The notes under the pieces were generated by a model that was not told the origin of the DNA, did no database searches, and saw nothing but the letters and a program-made list of their open reading frames with translations. Positions 28,643 to 37,199 of a stretch of DNA of 64,000 nt are shown here, piece by piece (within the stretch, counting starts at the first letter, position 1; every line of letters begins with the position of its first letter). Source of the stretch: Pedosphaera sp. GTDB taxonomy: Bacteria > Verrucomicrobiota > Verrucomicrobiia > Limisphaerales > SIBH01. The DNA lies in contig JANOQV010000159.1 in assembly GCA_031414955.1 (NCBI GenBank), positions 24,112 to 88,111 of the forward strand, written 5' to 3'. Both the position numbers and the translations under genes were made by a program.

Positions 28643-29704
28643 TCACCGCAAGCCCGCTGTCTCCGGCCAGCCGCACATCACGTTCATGCTTTGCACGGCC
28701 TGGCCGCTGGCGCCTTTCACGATGTTGTCCTCGGCGCTCATGATGATGAGCCGACCCGTGCGTGGGTCGAGACGCCAGGCGAACTCAATCATGTTCGTGC
28801 CGACCACGTTCTTGGTGTCCGGCAGTGATTTGCCTTCGAGCAGGCGGACAAACGGTTCGTGCGCGTAGGCGGCACGATAGGTTTCCTCAATCTGCGTCGC
28901 CAGCGCATCCAACTCGTCCGCGTTGCTGAAGTGTTTCGTCGGCGCGGCGTAGATGGTGGTGAGAATGCCGCGGTTCACCGGAATGAGATGCGGAGTGAAC
29001 TGAATCTTGACGGCTTCTCCGGCGGCGAAAGAAAGCTCCTGTTCGATCTCGGAAAGGTGCCGGTGCTTCGGCACCCCATAGGGCCGCACGCTCTCATTGC
29101 ACTCGACGAAGAGGTAGTCCAACTCGGCCTTGCGCCCCGCGCCACTCACCCCGCTCAACGAATTCGCGATGATGGATTCCGGCTGGATCAACTTCGCGCG
29201 CAGCAGGGGTGCCAGCGGCATGATGATACTGGTGGGGTAGCAGCCCGGCGAAGCTACGAGCAGCGCGTCCTTGATCTGGTCGCGGTATATCTCCGGCAAT
29301 CCATAGACCGACTTCGCCAGCAGAGCCGGCGCGGGATGTTCGTGCGCGTAGAACTCCTTGTAAGTCTCCGCGCTCTTGAGCCGGAAGTCCGCGCTCAAGT
29401 CGATGACACGCACGCCGGCGTTGTTCAACGGCACGGCAAACTCCGCCGCCACACCATGCGGCAGCGCGAGGAACACGAGGTCGCAGTGCTTGGCCAGCAA
29501 CTCGACCTTGGGATCGCTGAAATGCAGTTCCTTCGCCCGGGCATATTGCGAAAACTTCGGAAAGACCTGCGCCACCGTCTGCCCGGCGTACTGCCGCGAG
29601 GTCACAGCCGTGAGTTGCGCGTGCGGATGGATGAGCAGGCGGTAAACAAGTTCCTCGCCCGAATATCCCGACGCTCCGACGATGCCGACTTTCTTGGTGC
29701 TCAT
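28643..29704 (-). CDS. argC: N-acetyl-gamma-glutamyl-phosphate reductase
   Basis: IVGASGYSG, FLALPHG, IDLSADFRL, ASPGCYPT, SGVSGAG, DNIVKGASGQAVQ. Confidence 0.97.
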   Translation of the reverse strand: MSTKKVGIVGASGYSGEELVYRLLIHPHAQLTAVTSRQYAGQTVAQVFPKFSQYARAKELHFSDPKVELLAKHCDLVFLALPHGVAAEFAVPLNNAGVRVIDLSADFRLKSAETYKEFYAHEHPAPALLAKSVYGLPEIYRDQIKDALLVASPGCYPTSIIMPLAPLLRAKLIQPESIIANSLSGVSGAGRKAELDYLFVECNESVRPYGVPKHRHLSEIEQELSFAAGEAVKIQFTPHLIPVNRGILTTIYAAPTKHFSNADELDALATQIEETYRAAYAHEPFVRLLEGKSLPDTKNVVGTNMIEFAWRLDPRTGRLIIMSAEDNIVKGASGQAVQSMNVMCGWPETAGLR

Positions 29705-29711
29705 GTAATTC

Positions 29712-30347
29712 TCAACTCTGCCGGGCTTGTTCGTATTGGCTTTTCATCAGCGCGGCAAGTTCGCGCTCGGTTTGGTTCTCCGACTGGCTCAAGGCCGCCA
29801 CGGCTCCGGCGATGTCGTCGGGCTTGCGATTCTGGCTCAACTTGAACTTGGCCTCGACCCGGGTGACCTCGATCTCGAAGCCGACGATGGCTTTCATCAG
29901 GCCGACTTTGTGTTCGGCCGGCAGGGCATCACGCCAAGGAACGGGCTGGCCTGCTTCGTATTCCTCCACGGTGCGGCGCAGGATTTCCTCGAAGGCGGCC
30001 GAGTCTTCCACGAGGCGGGGAAGACCATAGACGTGGACGGCGACATAGTTCCAAGTCGGCACCATGTGCGGCGTCGCATACCAGCTCGGCGAAATGTAAC
30101 CGTGCGGGCCGGTGAAGATGGCCAGCACTTCCGCGCCAGGGTGGAAGTGGTGCCACTGCGGGTTCGCGCGGGCCATGTGCCCAAGCAACGTGCCCCGCGA
30201 GCCACGGGCCGGCTGGAGCACGAGCGGGAGATGGCTGGCGAACGGCTGCGCGCCGTTGAAGGTGACGAGCGTGGCAAAACTGTTCCCGCGAATGATGGTG
30301 GCGATTTTCGCCTCATCCTGCTCATGGAAATGTTCCGGCAGATACAT
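29712..30347 (-). CDS. PaiB-family FMN-binding protein
   Basis: MYLPEHF, ASHLP, GHMARANPQW, GPHGYISPSWY, VPTWNYVAVH, KFKLSQN. Confidence 0.9.
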   Translation of the reverse strand: MYLPEHFHEQDEAKIATIIRGNSFATLVTFNGAQPFASHLPLVLQPARGSRGTLLGHMARANPQWHHFHPGAEVLAIFTGPHGYISPSWYATPHMVPTWNYVAVHVYGLPRLVEDSAAFEEILRRTVEEYEAGQPVPWRDALPAEHKVGLMKAIVGFEIEVTRVEAKFKLSQNRKPDDIAGAVAALSQSENQTERELAALMKSQYEQARQS

Positions 30348-30381
30348 GGTCGGTGCGTGGTTAAGAATAAATCAGGCCAAG

Positions 30382-30411
30382 AAAAAACCCCGCCGGCTTG
30401 CCGGCGGGGTT
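30382..30411 (-). terminator. Rho-independent terminator of rplM-rpsI
   Basis: AACCCCGCCGGC/GCCGGCGGGGTT hairpin followed by a T run on the minus strand. Confidence 0.85.
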
Positions 30412-30431
30412 CGCAAATCTGAAATCCAAGA

Positions 30432-30830
30432 TTAACGCTTCGAGAACTGGAAGCGCTTGCGGGCACCGGGCTGGCCGTACTTCTTGCGCTCCTTCATGCG
30501 CGGGTCACGCGTCAGGAAGCCGTCGGCCTTGAGCACGGGACGGAGGTTCGCGTCCACTTCGAGCAAGGCGCGGGCGATGCCGTGCCGGGTGGCCCCGGCC
30601 TGGCCGTTGGGTCCGCCGCCGGTCACATTGACGGCCACGTCGAACTTGGTCGCCGTATCCGTGCGGAGCAGCGGGGCGCTGACCACGCCTCGCAGCGAGT
30701 CGGTCGGAAAATAAACTTCAAAGGCGCGGCCGTTGACCGTGATTTTGCCCGCGCCAACGGCGAGACGGACACGCGCCACGGCCGTCTTACGGCGTCCGGT
30801 GCCAAGGAATTCCTGAGTCTGGGTAGCCAT
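30432..30830 (-). CDS. rpsI: 30S ribosomal protein S9
   Basis: [49 protein letters not shown]. Confidence 0.99.
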   Translation of the reverse strand: MATQTQEFLGTGRRKTAVARVRLAVGAGKITVNGRAFEVYFPTDSLRGVVSAPLLRTDTATKFDVAVNVTGGGPNGQAGATRHGIARALLEVDANLRPVLKADGFLTRDPRMKERKKYGQPGARKRFQFSKR

Positions 30831-30835
30831 AGAGA

Positions 30836-31270
30836 TTATTTCTTGATCGTGAGGGGAGCCGGCAATTGGGCGGCGTGCGGATGCTCGGCACCCTGGTAAA
30901 CTTTCAGTTTGGTCAGGAGCTGTTTGCCGAGGCGGTTCTTGGGCACCATGCCCTTGACTGCGCGATGAACGAGTTCAGTGGAATCCTTGGCGCGAACCTG
31001 GGCCACGGAGATGTATTTTTCGCCACCTTTCCAGCCGGAGTAGGTCATGAAGAACTTTTCCGTCTCCTTCTTGCCCGTGACCTTGACTTTGTCAGCGTTG
31101 ATCACGACCACGAAGTCACCGGCATCCCACATCGGGGTGAAGATGGGCTTGTGTTTGCCGCGCAGCACATCGGCTACTTTCTCAGCGAGACGGCCCAGCA
31201 CGACCCCATCGGCATCGACAATGTGCCACTTGCGCTGTTCCAAATGATCTTTAGGCAAATACGTTTTCAT
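30836..31270 (-). CDS. rplM: 50S ribosomal protein L13
   Basis: [47 protein letters not shown]. Confidence 0.98.
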   Translation of the reverse strand: MKTYLPKDHLEQRKWHIVDADGVVLGRLAEKVADVLRGKHKPIFTPMWDAGDFVVVINADKVKVTGKKETEKFFMTYSGWKGGEKYISVAQVRAKDSTELVHRAVKGMVPKNRLGKQLLTKLKVYQGAEHPHAAQLPAPLTIKK

Positions 31271-31409
31271 CCAATTTCCAGATTTAAGGAGCGGGGAAGG
31301 TATCAAAGGGCACTTCCGAGTCAATAGCCCATTTCGGCCCGTGGACAAGGTGTTTTCGCATGATTAGCCCAGGCGTTGAACGACGGTTTTTGAGGGGCGA
31401 AACCCTGCT

Positions 31410-33002
31410 TCAAGTCTGATACGTCGCCGCAAACGGGGTGGAGCCGGGCCGCTTCTGCACGCCATGATCCGGGTTCGCAGCCAAGTGTTCGCAGACTTTG
31501 AAGACGGTTTCAAACTCATCGTGCGCGCCCAGTCCGCTGGCAATCTGAGCCGAGGTCAGCGCGTGGCCTTTCTTCTCCTTCAAGTAATTCAGGATCTTTC
31601 CCTGAAGCGCGATGACGGCGGTCGCGGCCTTTTTGCCCGCTTCAACGCCGGGTTGGTGATACGCATTGACGTTGATGAGGCTGGCGTAAAGACCCACCGC
31701 GCGTTCGAACAGGGCGATGAGCACGCCAACACTAAATGGCGAAACTTCCTGGATGGTGAGTGTGATCGATTCGCGGTCGCTTTCGTAAAGCGCGGTGCGG
31801 GTGCCGAGGAAGAACCCCGCGAGGTAATCGCCACTGGTCACACCCGGCTCGACGGCCAGCGAGGCACTGCTTCGGTCGCGCAGCACTTCGATGAACGTGA
31901 CGAAGAAGTTGTTGAGGCCATCGCGGAGTTGCTGAACGTAGGCGTGCTGATCAGTCGATCCCTTGTTGCCGTAAACGGCGAGACCCTGGTTGACCACCTT
32001 CCCATCTCGATCAAGTTCCTTGCCCAGCGACTCCATGATGAGTTGCTGGAGATATTTGGAAAACAGTTCCAGCCGGTCCTTGTAGGGCAGCACGACCATG
32101 TCCTTCGTGCCCTTGCCGTTGCCGGCATGGAACCACATGGCCGCCAGCAGCGCGGCGGGGTTGCGATTGGTTTGGGTTGAGCGCGTCGCTTCATCGCAGG
32201 CTTGGGCGCCGGCCAGCATGGCGTCGATATCGAGCCCTTGCAACGCGGCGGGCAGGAGACCGACGGCGGAAAGTTCGCTGGTGCGTCCGCCCACCCAGTC
32301 CCACATCGGGAAGCGGCCGAGCCAGCCTTGCTGAACGGCAACTTTGTCCAGTTCGCTGCCCGCGCCAGTTACGGCCACGGCGTGGGGCGCAAACTTCAGC
32401 CCGGCCTGCTCGTAAGCAGCCTGTGCTTCCAACATACCGTTGCGCGTTTCCTTGGTGCCGCCGGATTTCGAGATGACCACACTCAGAGTCTGACCGAGGT
32501 CGGCACCAAGCTCGGCCAGCACCTTGTCCATGCCGTCTGGATCGGTGTTGTCGAAGAAGAACACGCGCATCTGGTCCGTGGCCGGCTGGCCCAGCGCCTT
32601 GGCGACGAACTGCGGCCCGAGGGCCGAGCCGCCGATGCCGATGACGAGAACATTCTTGAAGGCTCCCTTGGTGCCCTGGATGGCACCGCTGTGAACCTGC
32701 GCAGCGAACGACTTGACCGAGACTATGGTTTCGTCGATCTCGCGACACATCTCGGACGTAGGCGCCAGTGCTGAATTCCTCAACCAGTAATGGCCGACCA
32801 TGCGCTTCTCATCGGGGTTGGCGATTGCGCCTGCTTCCAGCGCCTTCATCTCGGCGAAGGCAGCCTGCAAGCGCGGCTCCATCTGCGCGAAGAACTCTTC
32901 GCCGAAATTCATGCGGCTCAAATCGAGGCCGAGGCCGAGGCCGGGATAGTCGGAATAGAATTGTTGAAACCGGTGCCAGAGCTGTTCTTTCGAAAATTTC
33001 AT
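31410..33002 (-). CDS. pgi: Glucose-6-phosphate isomerase
   Basis: [56 protein letters not shown]. Confidence 0.97.
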   Translation of the reverse strand: MKFSKEQLWHRFQQFYSDYPGLGLGLDLSRMNFGEEFFAQMEPRLQAAFAEMKALEAGAIANPDEKRMVGHYWLRNSALAPTSEMCREIDETIVSVKSFAAQVHSGAIQGTKGAFKNVLVIGIGGSALGPQFVAKALGQPATDQMRVFFFDNTDPDGMDKVLAELGADLGQTLSVVISKSGGTKETRNGMLEAQAAYEQAGLKFAPHAVAVTGAGSELDKVAVQQGWLGRFPMWDWVGGRTSELSAVGLLPAALQGLDIDAMLAGAQACDEATRSTQTNRNPAALLAAMWFHAGNGKGTKDMVVLPYKDRLELFSKYLQQLIMESLGKELDRDGKVVNQGLAVYGNKGSTDQHAYVQQLRDGLNNFFVTFIEVLRDRSSASLAVEPGVTSGDYLAGFFLGTRTALYESDRESITLTIQEVSPFSVGVLIALFERAVGLYASLINVNAYHQPGVEAGKKAATAVIALQGKILNYLKEKKGHALTSAQIASGLGAHDEFETVFKVCEHLAANPDHGVQKRPGSTPFAATYQT

Positions 33003-33196
33003 GCGCGGCCAGTTTGAGCACCGAAGGATGTTCTTCAAACATTCAATTCGAGAGCACAGTTGAAAATGGATCATTGCCCATCGGTTTCACGGCTTGATCA
33101 CTCCGGTCTCGTCGCGGTTCGCATGTTCGCCGATGAAGCGCGCATGGCCGTCGATTCCATTTATCTCCGAGAAGGATTTTCCCGGCTCTCCAAGCT

Positions 33197-33883
33197 TCAA
33201 TCAGCCAGGCGAATGACCAATCCTTTATCCGGGTAATCCACCGGGAAAGTGAACAGGATGTGAGCGCGTTGCTGCTCAAGTAACAGCTCGATCGCTTGCT
33301 GAACTTCGAAACCGCTGACGTCATCAACGAAAAGCCAGCGTGGGCTTGCTGTGAGAGCCAGTTGCAGATCCTCCCAGGCGTTGCGCAGATCGTGCGCAGC
33401 GTCCACTACCACGAAATCGGCTGGTTCGATGGCTGTCAGGGTACGCAAGTCGCCCTGGGACAGGCGCCAATTATGGAATCCACGATCCGCGAAAAGCGCC
33501 TCGCAGACTCTTCGAGGATTCCATTCCCCGCTCCCGCCAGGAAGCGGGGAAATGCCAAACAAGTCATAACCAATGTAATGGGCATGGTCGTGTCTCCCGG
33601 CCAGTCCACGAGTGGCCGAGATATACGCATCCGCCGAACTGCCGGCGTGGGTTCCGAGTTCGACGATGACTTGTGGGCTGATCGTCCGGGCGACAGCCCA
33701 CATGGAGCGATACTTCCGTTCAAATCCCCCTCGTCGAGCCAGATAATATCCGGCGTCATATTGCGTGAACACCGAGTAAAGCGGATGCGGCGCCCAATCG
33801 CAGGAATTGAAATGATCCGCAAAGCGGCGGGCAAATTCCGCCGATTGAGCCTCGTGTCCTGGCATAACAAACATGTTATTCAT
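33197..33883 (-). CDS. Class I SAM-dependent methyltransferase (Methyltransf_24-like)
   Basis: IVELGTHAGSS, YIGYDLF, DFVVVDAAH, LFVDD. Confidence 0.75.
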   Translation of the reverse strand: MNNMFVMPGHEAQSAEFARRFADHFNSCDWAPHPLYSVFTQYDAGYYLARRGGFERKYRSMWAVARTISPQVIVELGTHAGSSADAYISATRGLAGRHDHAHYIGYDLFGISPLPGGSGEWNPRRVCEALFADRGFHNWRLSQGDLRTLTAIEPADFVVVDAAHDLRNAWEDLQLALTASPRWLFVDDVSGFEVQQAIELLLEQQRAHILFTFPVDYPDKGLVIRLAD

Positions 33884-33900
33884 CTTCTGCTGGCGTTGAA

Positions 33901-35133
33901 TCAGCTCGGGATGCAGACGCCTGTTTCCTGATTGTACAACTTCAGTTCGATCGGCATCCGCTCATAGACATTCCAGCGCCCGCGCCACACCCCGTCTCGA
34001 TCCCGCCGCAGCGAACAGGTGAGACCTTCCAGCGACCACAATTGCAGAACGGTCTGCCCGTCTTCTTCCGCCAGTTCCCAAAAGCGCTCCAATTCGCCGC
34101 TGCCACTTCCGACCATCCCCTGCTCCAGCAGCGTGATGCTGCGCCGGTCATGGCCCACGCGGTGATAGTCAAATGTTTTGCCGGTCAGAAATTCCATCAC
34201 GGCTCGGGCCTCAGGGGTGAGTTCCTTGGCTGCCTCCTCATAAATTCGTCCATTCCACCGGTTGCGCAGTTGCTGGATGAACTCCCGGCATTCGCCCTCG
34301 AACTGAAATCCCTCGATGCACTTGTTCTCCGATCCCAGGCTCCATTTGTCCATATTGCGGTGCTGGAACAGCCGGTGGCCTTGAAAATCATGCTGGCACA
34401 TCGTGTCCTCCAATGCGTCGATGCCCCGCTTGGGCATGGCGTAGAGGCGCTTCAACTTCCGAAAGGCCAGATGGAAGGTCTCCTTGTCCCCGTGAATATG
34501 CTCATAGAAGAAATCTGAATACTCATTGTACCAACTGCACAGCGACATCGGCTCCCAGCACCGCTCCTTGTCGATGACCATCTGACCGCTCTCGAACTCC
34601 GGCTCGTCCTGGTGCTCCACGCCGCAGAGCCCCCAGATCATTCGGTCTGGCTCCAGGCGGCTGAAGTCCGGCCAGAAGATGGCGCCCGTGGCCAGGTACT
34701 CCGCCGTTTCAAACAGGAATTCCGGGTTCACCACCGGCACGTTGTCGGCATCCAGCAGCAACACCTCCTGAAACGGGCAATTGAGAATCGCATACGGTTT
34801 CAATTCCCAGCCGTTCAAAATGCGCGCCGGCCGCATCTGCCGCACTTTGGTCCCATCCACGCATTGGACGTTGAAAGGCCGGACCAGCGCCCGCATCCGG
34901 TCATCCAGTTCCCGCCCCCCGAGATGCCAGATTTGGATTGGCAGGTAGCAGCCCAGCTTGCGCAGCATGTTGATGCAGACCCAGGCGTTGGTGAAGTATT
35001 TCACCCCGCCCCCGCAAATTACGATGCCGCGACCATAAAACTGTCCCGGATAGGGCAGCGTTTGCCGAATGAAAGCGTTTGCAGCTTCGAGAGCATTTTG
35101 CTCGGTGATTCGTTCTGGATAGGCTTGGTTCAT
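33901..35133 (-). CDS. GT71-like (MNN-type) alpha-mannosyltransferase with extra C-terminal domain
   Basis: GRGIVICGG, LPIQIWH, KPYAILNCPFQEVLLLDADNVP (DxD), TGAIFWPDF, EFESGQMVIDK, GDKETF; GGAGA RBS; no N-terminal TM. Confidence 0.8.
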   Translation of the reverse strand: MNQAYPERITEQNALEAANAFIRQTLPYPGQFYGRGIVICGGGVKYFTNAWVCINMLRKLGCYLPIQIWHLGGRELDDRMRALVRPFNVQCVDGTKVRQMRPARILNGWELKPYAILNCPFQEVLLLDADNVPVVNPEFLFETAEYLATGAIFWPDFSRLEPDRMIWGLCGVEHQDEPEFESGQMVIDKERCWEPMSLCSWYNEYSDFFYEHIHGDKETFHLAFRKLKRLYAMPKRGIDALEDTMCQHDFQGHRLFQHRNMDKWSLGSENKCIEGFQFEGECREFIQQLRNRWNGRIYEEAAKELTPEARAVMEFLTGKTFDYHRVGHDRRSITLLEQGMVGSGSGELERFWELAEEDGQTVLQLWSLEGLTCSLRRDRDGVWRGRWNVYERMPIELKLYNQETGVCIPS

Positions 35134-35153
35134 CGTTCTTCTCCCATGTTTTT

Positions 35154-36233
35154 TCAATCCGTTTGCGTGGCGATCCGCTCTTCCGTGCTCTCCCGGCCCG
35201 CGCTTGGCACGGCTTGCCATGCTCCTTGCTTTTGCTGCCGGTGCAATGCCGCGCGCACCGCCCGCCACTGGAACGGAGCCAAGTAATCAATCACACCACC
35301 GTTGAAGTACAACTCAATCCGCCGGATGACCTCCGCTGCCGTAATCATGTGCTGGCAGCGCGGGAGCGTGCCCACCACATCGACGCACAGGTTCTCCGGC
35401 TTGTCCTTCTCATCACCATCACCCAACGGGACCACGCGGGATTTCCAGCAACCGCCGTTGTCGCAGCAGAGCAGCGCGCCGTTGGTGTGAATGAATTGAT
35501 GATGCGGGTAGGCTTCCCACTGCATCGGCTCGCGCCCGCCGGCCACCACCACGCAGGGCCGGTTCTTGGGTTTGCCACCCTTCACCTCGACCGCCGCCGC
35601 AAGGTGCATGGCGAAGGTCACCGGGCAAAGCACGCCTTGCGCGTGATACATGAGCCGCACGAACTGCCGGAGATCCGTCTTCCCGCGCAAATCGATCACG
35701 CCGTTCAGCGCCGGATGGTGATGGCCGAGTTCCCCCACCTGCACGAATTGGATGCGCCCGCGAAAATGATGCACCACCTGCTGGTACCGGGCCGGCTCCC
35801 ACCACTTGGCCGTGAAATCGCGCTTGCCGCCCGCGTTCACGATCCAGAACGGAATGTCCTCGCCCACGAGTTCGTGAACCTGCGACATCCAGGATTTCTC
35901 CACATCCGAAATGTGAACATCCCCCTTGAAGGCGGTCGGCTCGATGAACACGCCCAGCTTCTCGCTGAGAAAACGCGTGAAGGCGTGGATGAAATGATAC
36001 GCGCGCTGATTGCTGTGGTGGATGAGCGGATACTCGCACTGCATGACCTCCACGTCCGGCATGTTTTCCTCCAGCGGCGTGAGGTGCGGATTGTTCTCCC
36101 ACAAGCCAGGGCACGGCGTCCGCACATCTGTGACAAACTGGCCGGGACAGCAGGCGTGCAAATCCCGCACCGCCGCCGTGAGCATCACGATGTCGCCTGG
36201 GGACTGATGGTTGCGAAGGATAAGTTTGCGCAT
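35154..36233 (-). CDS. GT9-family (heptosyltransferase-like) glycosyltransferase with C-terminal Cys cluster
   Basis: SPGDIVMLTAAVRDL, AKWW, FVQVG, IDLRGKTDLRQ, FAMHLAAA; tail CCDNGGCW...C...C.HMIT. Confidence 0.8.
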   Translation of the reverse strand: MRKLILRNHQSPGDIVMLTAAVRDLHACCPGQFVTDVRTPCPGLWENNPHLTPLEENMPDVEVMQCEYPLIHHSNQRAYHFIHAFTRFLSEKLGVFIEPTAFKGDVHISDVEKSWMSQVHELVGEDIPFWIVNAGGKRDFTAKWWEPARYQQVVHHFRGRIQFVQVGELGHHHPALNGVIDLRGKTDLRQFVRLMYHAQGVLCPVTFAMHLAAAVEVKGGKPKNRPCVVVAGGREPMQWEAYPHHQFIHTNGALLCCDNGGCWKSRVVPLGDGDEKDKPENLCVDVVGTLPRCQHMITAAEVIRRIELYFNGGVIDYLAPFQWRAVRAALHRQQKQGAWQAVPSAGRESTEERIATQTD

Positions 36234-36261
36234 GAGCTTCAACGAGGCCTCAAATCGCTTC

Positions 36262-36723
36262 CTACTCGAACCCTTGGACCTCTACGCGGATGACTTTTTG
36301 GTTCTCGAGGTGGAAATTCCAAACCGCTGCGCGAGCACGTCCGTCGTCGATTTTGTAGCCCAGGCGGTTCGGATTTGGATTCCTGCGAGCCGAACGTTCG
36401 GTAGGGGGACCGAGGAGATGTACCAACTCGTTCGAGCTTGTTCCAATTGGATTCCATTCGGCAAGCAGGGCATGCATGCGCCCCATGCTTTCCATAAATT
36501 GCTCCGCAGAAATTCCGAAATGGATTTGGCCGTGCTTGCTCCGCAAATCGGCGATTGTTTTCGAAATCCCTGTGGAGTTCGTCTTTTCCAACAGCTCGTT
36601 CTTGGTGGACCTCTGGTTCGTATCAGGCGGGCGCGCGCCGCTACAGCCAGCAGCGACAGCGCCTGCCGTCAGGATGATAGCCAAAAACCGTAGTGGGTGC
36701 CGCAGCTTGCCTATCAGATTCAT
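36262..36723 (-). CDS. Lipoprotein, tandem paralog B (candidate inhibitor/immunity protein)
   Basis: Lipobox VAAGC; ELVHLLGPP motif reminiscent of SmpA/BamE-like small domains; near-copy of 36741-37199. Confidence 0.75.
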   Translation of the reverse strand: MNLIGKLRHPLRFLAIILTAGAVAAGCSGARPPDTNQRSTKNELLEKTNSTGISKTIADLRSKHGQIHFGISAEQFMESMGRMHALLAEWNPIGTSSNELVHLLGPPTERSARRNPNPNRLGYKIDDGRARAAVWNFHLENQKVIRVEVQGFE

Positions 36724-36740
36724 GGCAGGTTCAGAACATC

Positions 36741-37199
36741 CTAGTCGATAGCTTTGACTTCCATGCGCACGACTTTTTGATTCTCAAGGTCGAAAAACCA
36801 AACCGCGCCTGCGAGCCCGGTGTCGATTCTGTATCCAAGGCGATTAGGGTTGGGATTCCTGCGAGCCGAACGTTCGGTAGGGGGACCGAGGAGATGTACC
36901 AACTCGTTCGAGCTTGTTCCAATTGGATTCCATTCGGCAAGCAGGGCATGCATGCGCCCCATGCTCTCCCGAAACTTTTCCGCGGAAATTCCGAAATAAA
37001 TTTGTCCGTGCATATTCCGCAAATCGGCGATGGCTTTCGAAATCCCTGTCGAGTTCGTCTTTTCGAGCATCTCGTTCTTGGCGGATCTCTGGTTCGCGCC
37101 AGGCGGGCGCGCGCCGCTACAGCCAGCAGCGACAGCGCCTGCCGCTAGGATGATTGCCAAAAACCATAGTGGGTGCCGCAGTTTTCCAACCTTCTTCAT
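36741..37199 (-). CDS. Lipoprotein, tandem paralog A (candidate inhibitor/immunity protein)
   Basis: Lipobox VAAGC; ATGA overlap with the stop of the Ser-rich gene. Confidence 0.78.
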   Translation of the reverse strand: MKKVGKLRHPLWFLAIILAAGAVAAGCSGARPPGANQRSAKNEMLEKTNSTGISKAIADLRNMHGQIYFGISAEKFRESMGRMHALLAEWNPIGTSSNELVHLLGPPTERSARRNPNPNRLGYRIDTGLAGAVWFFDLENQKVVRMEVKAID

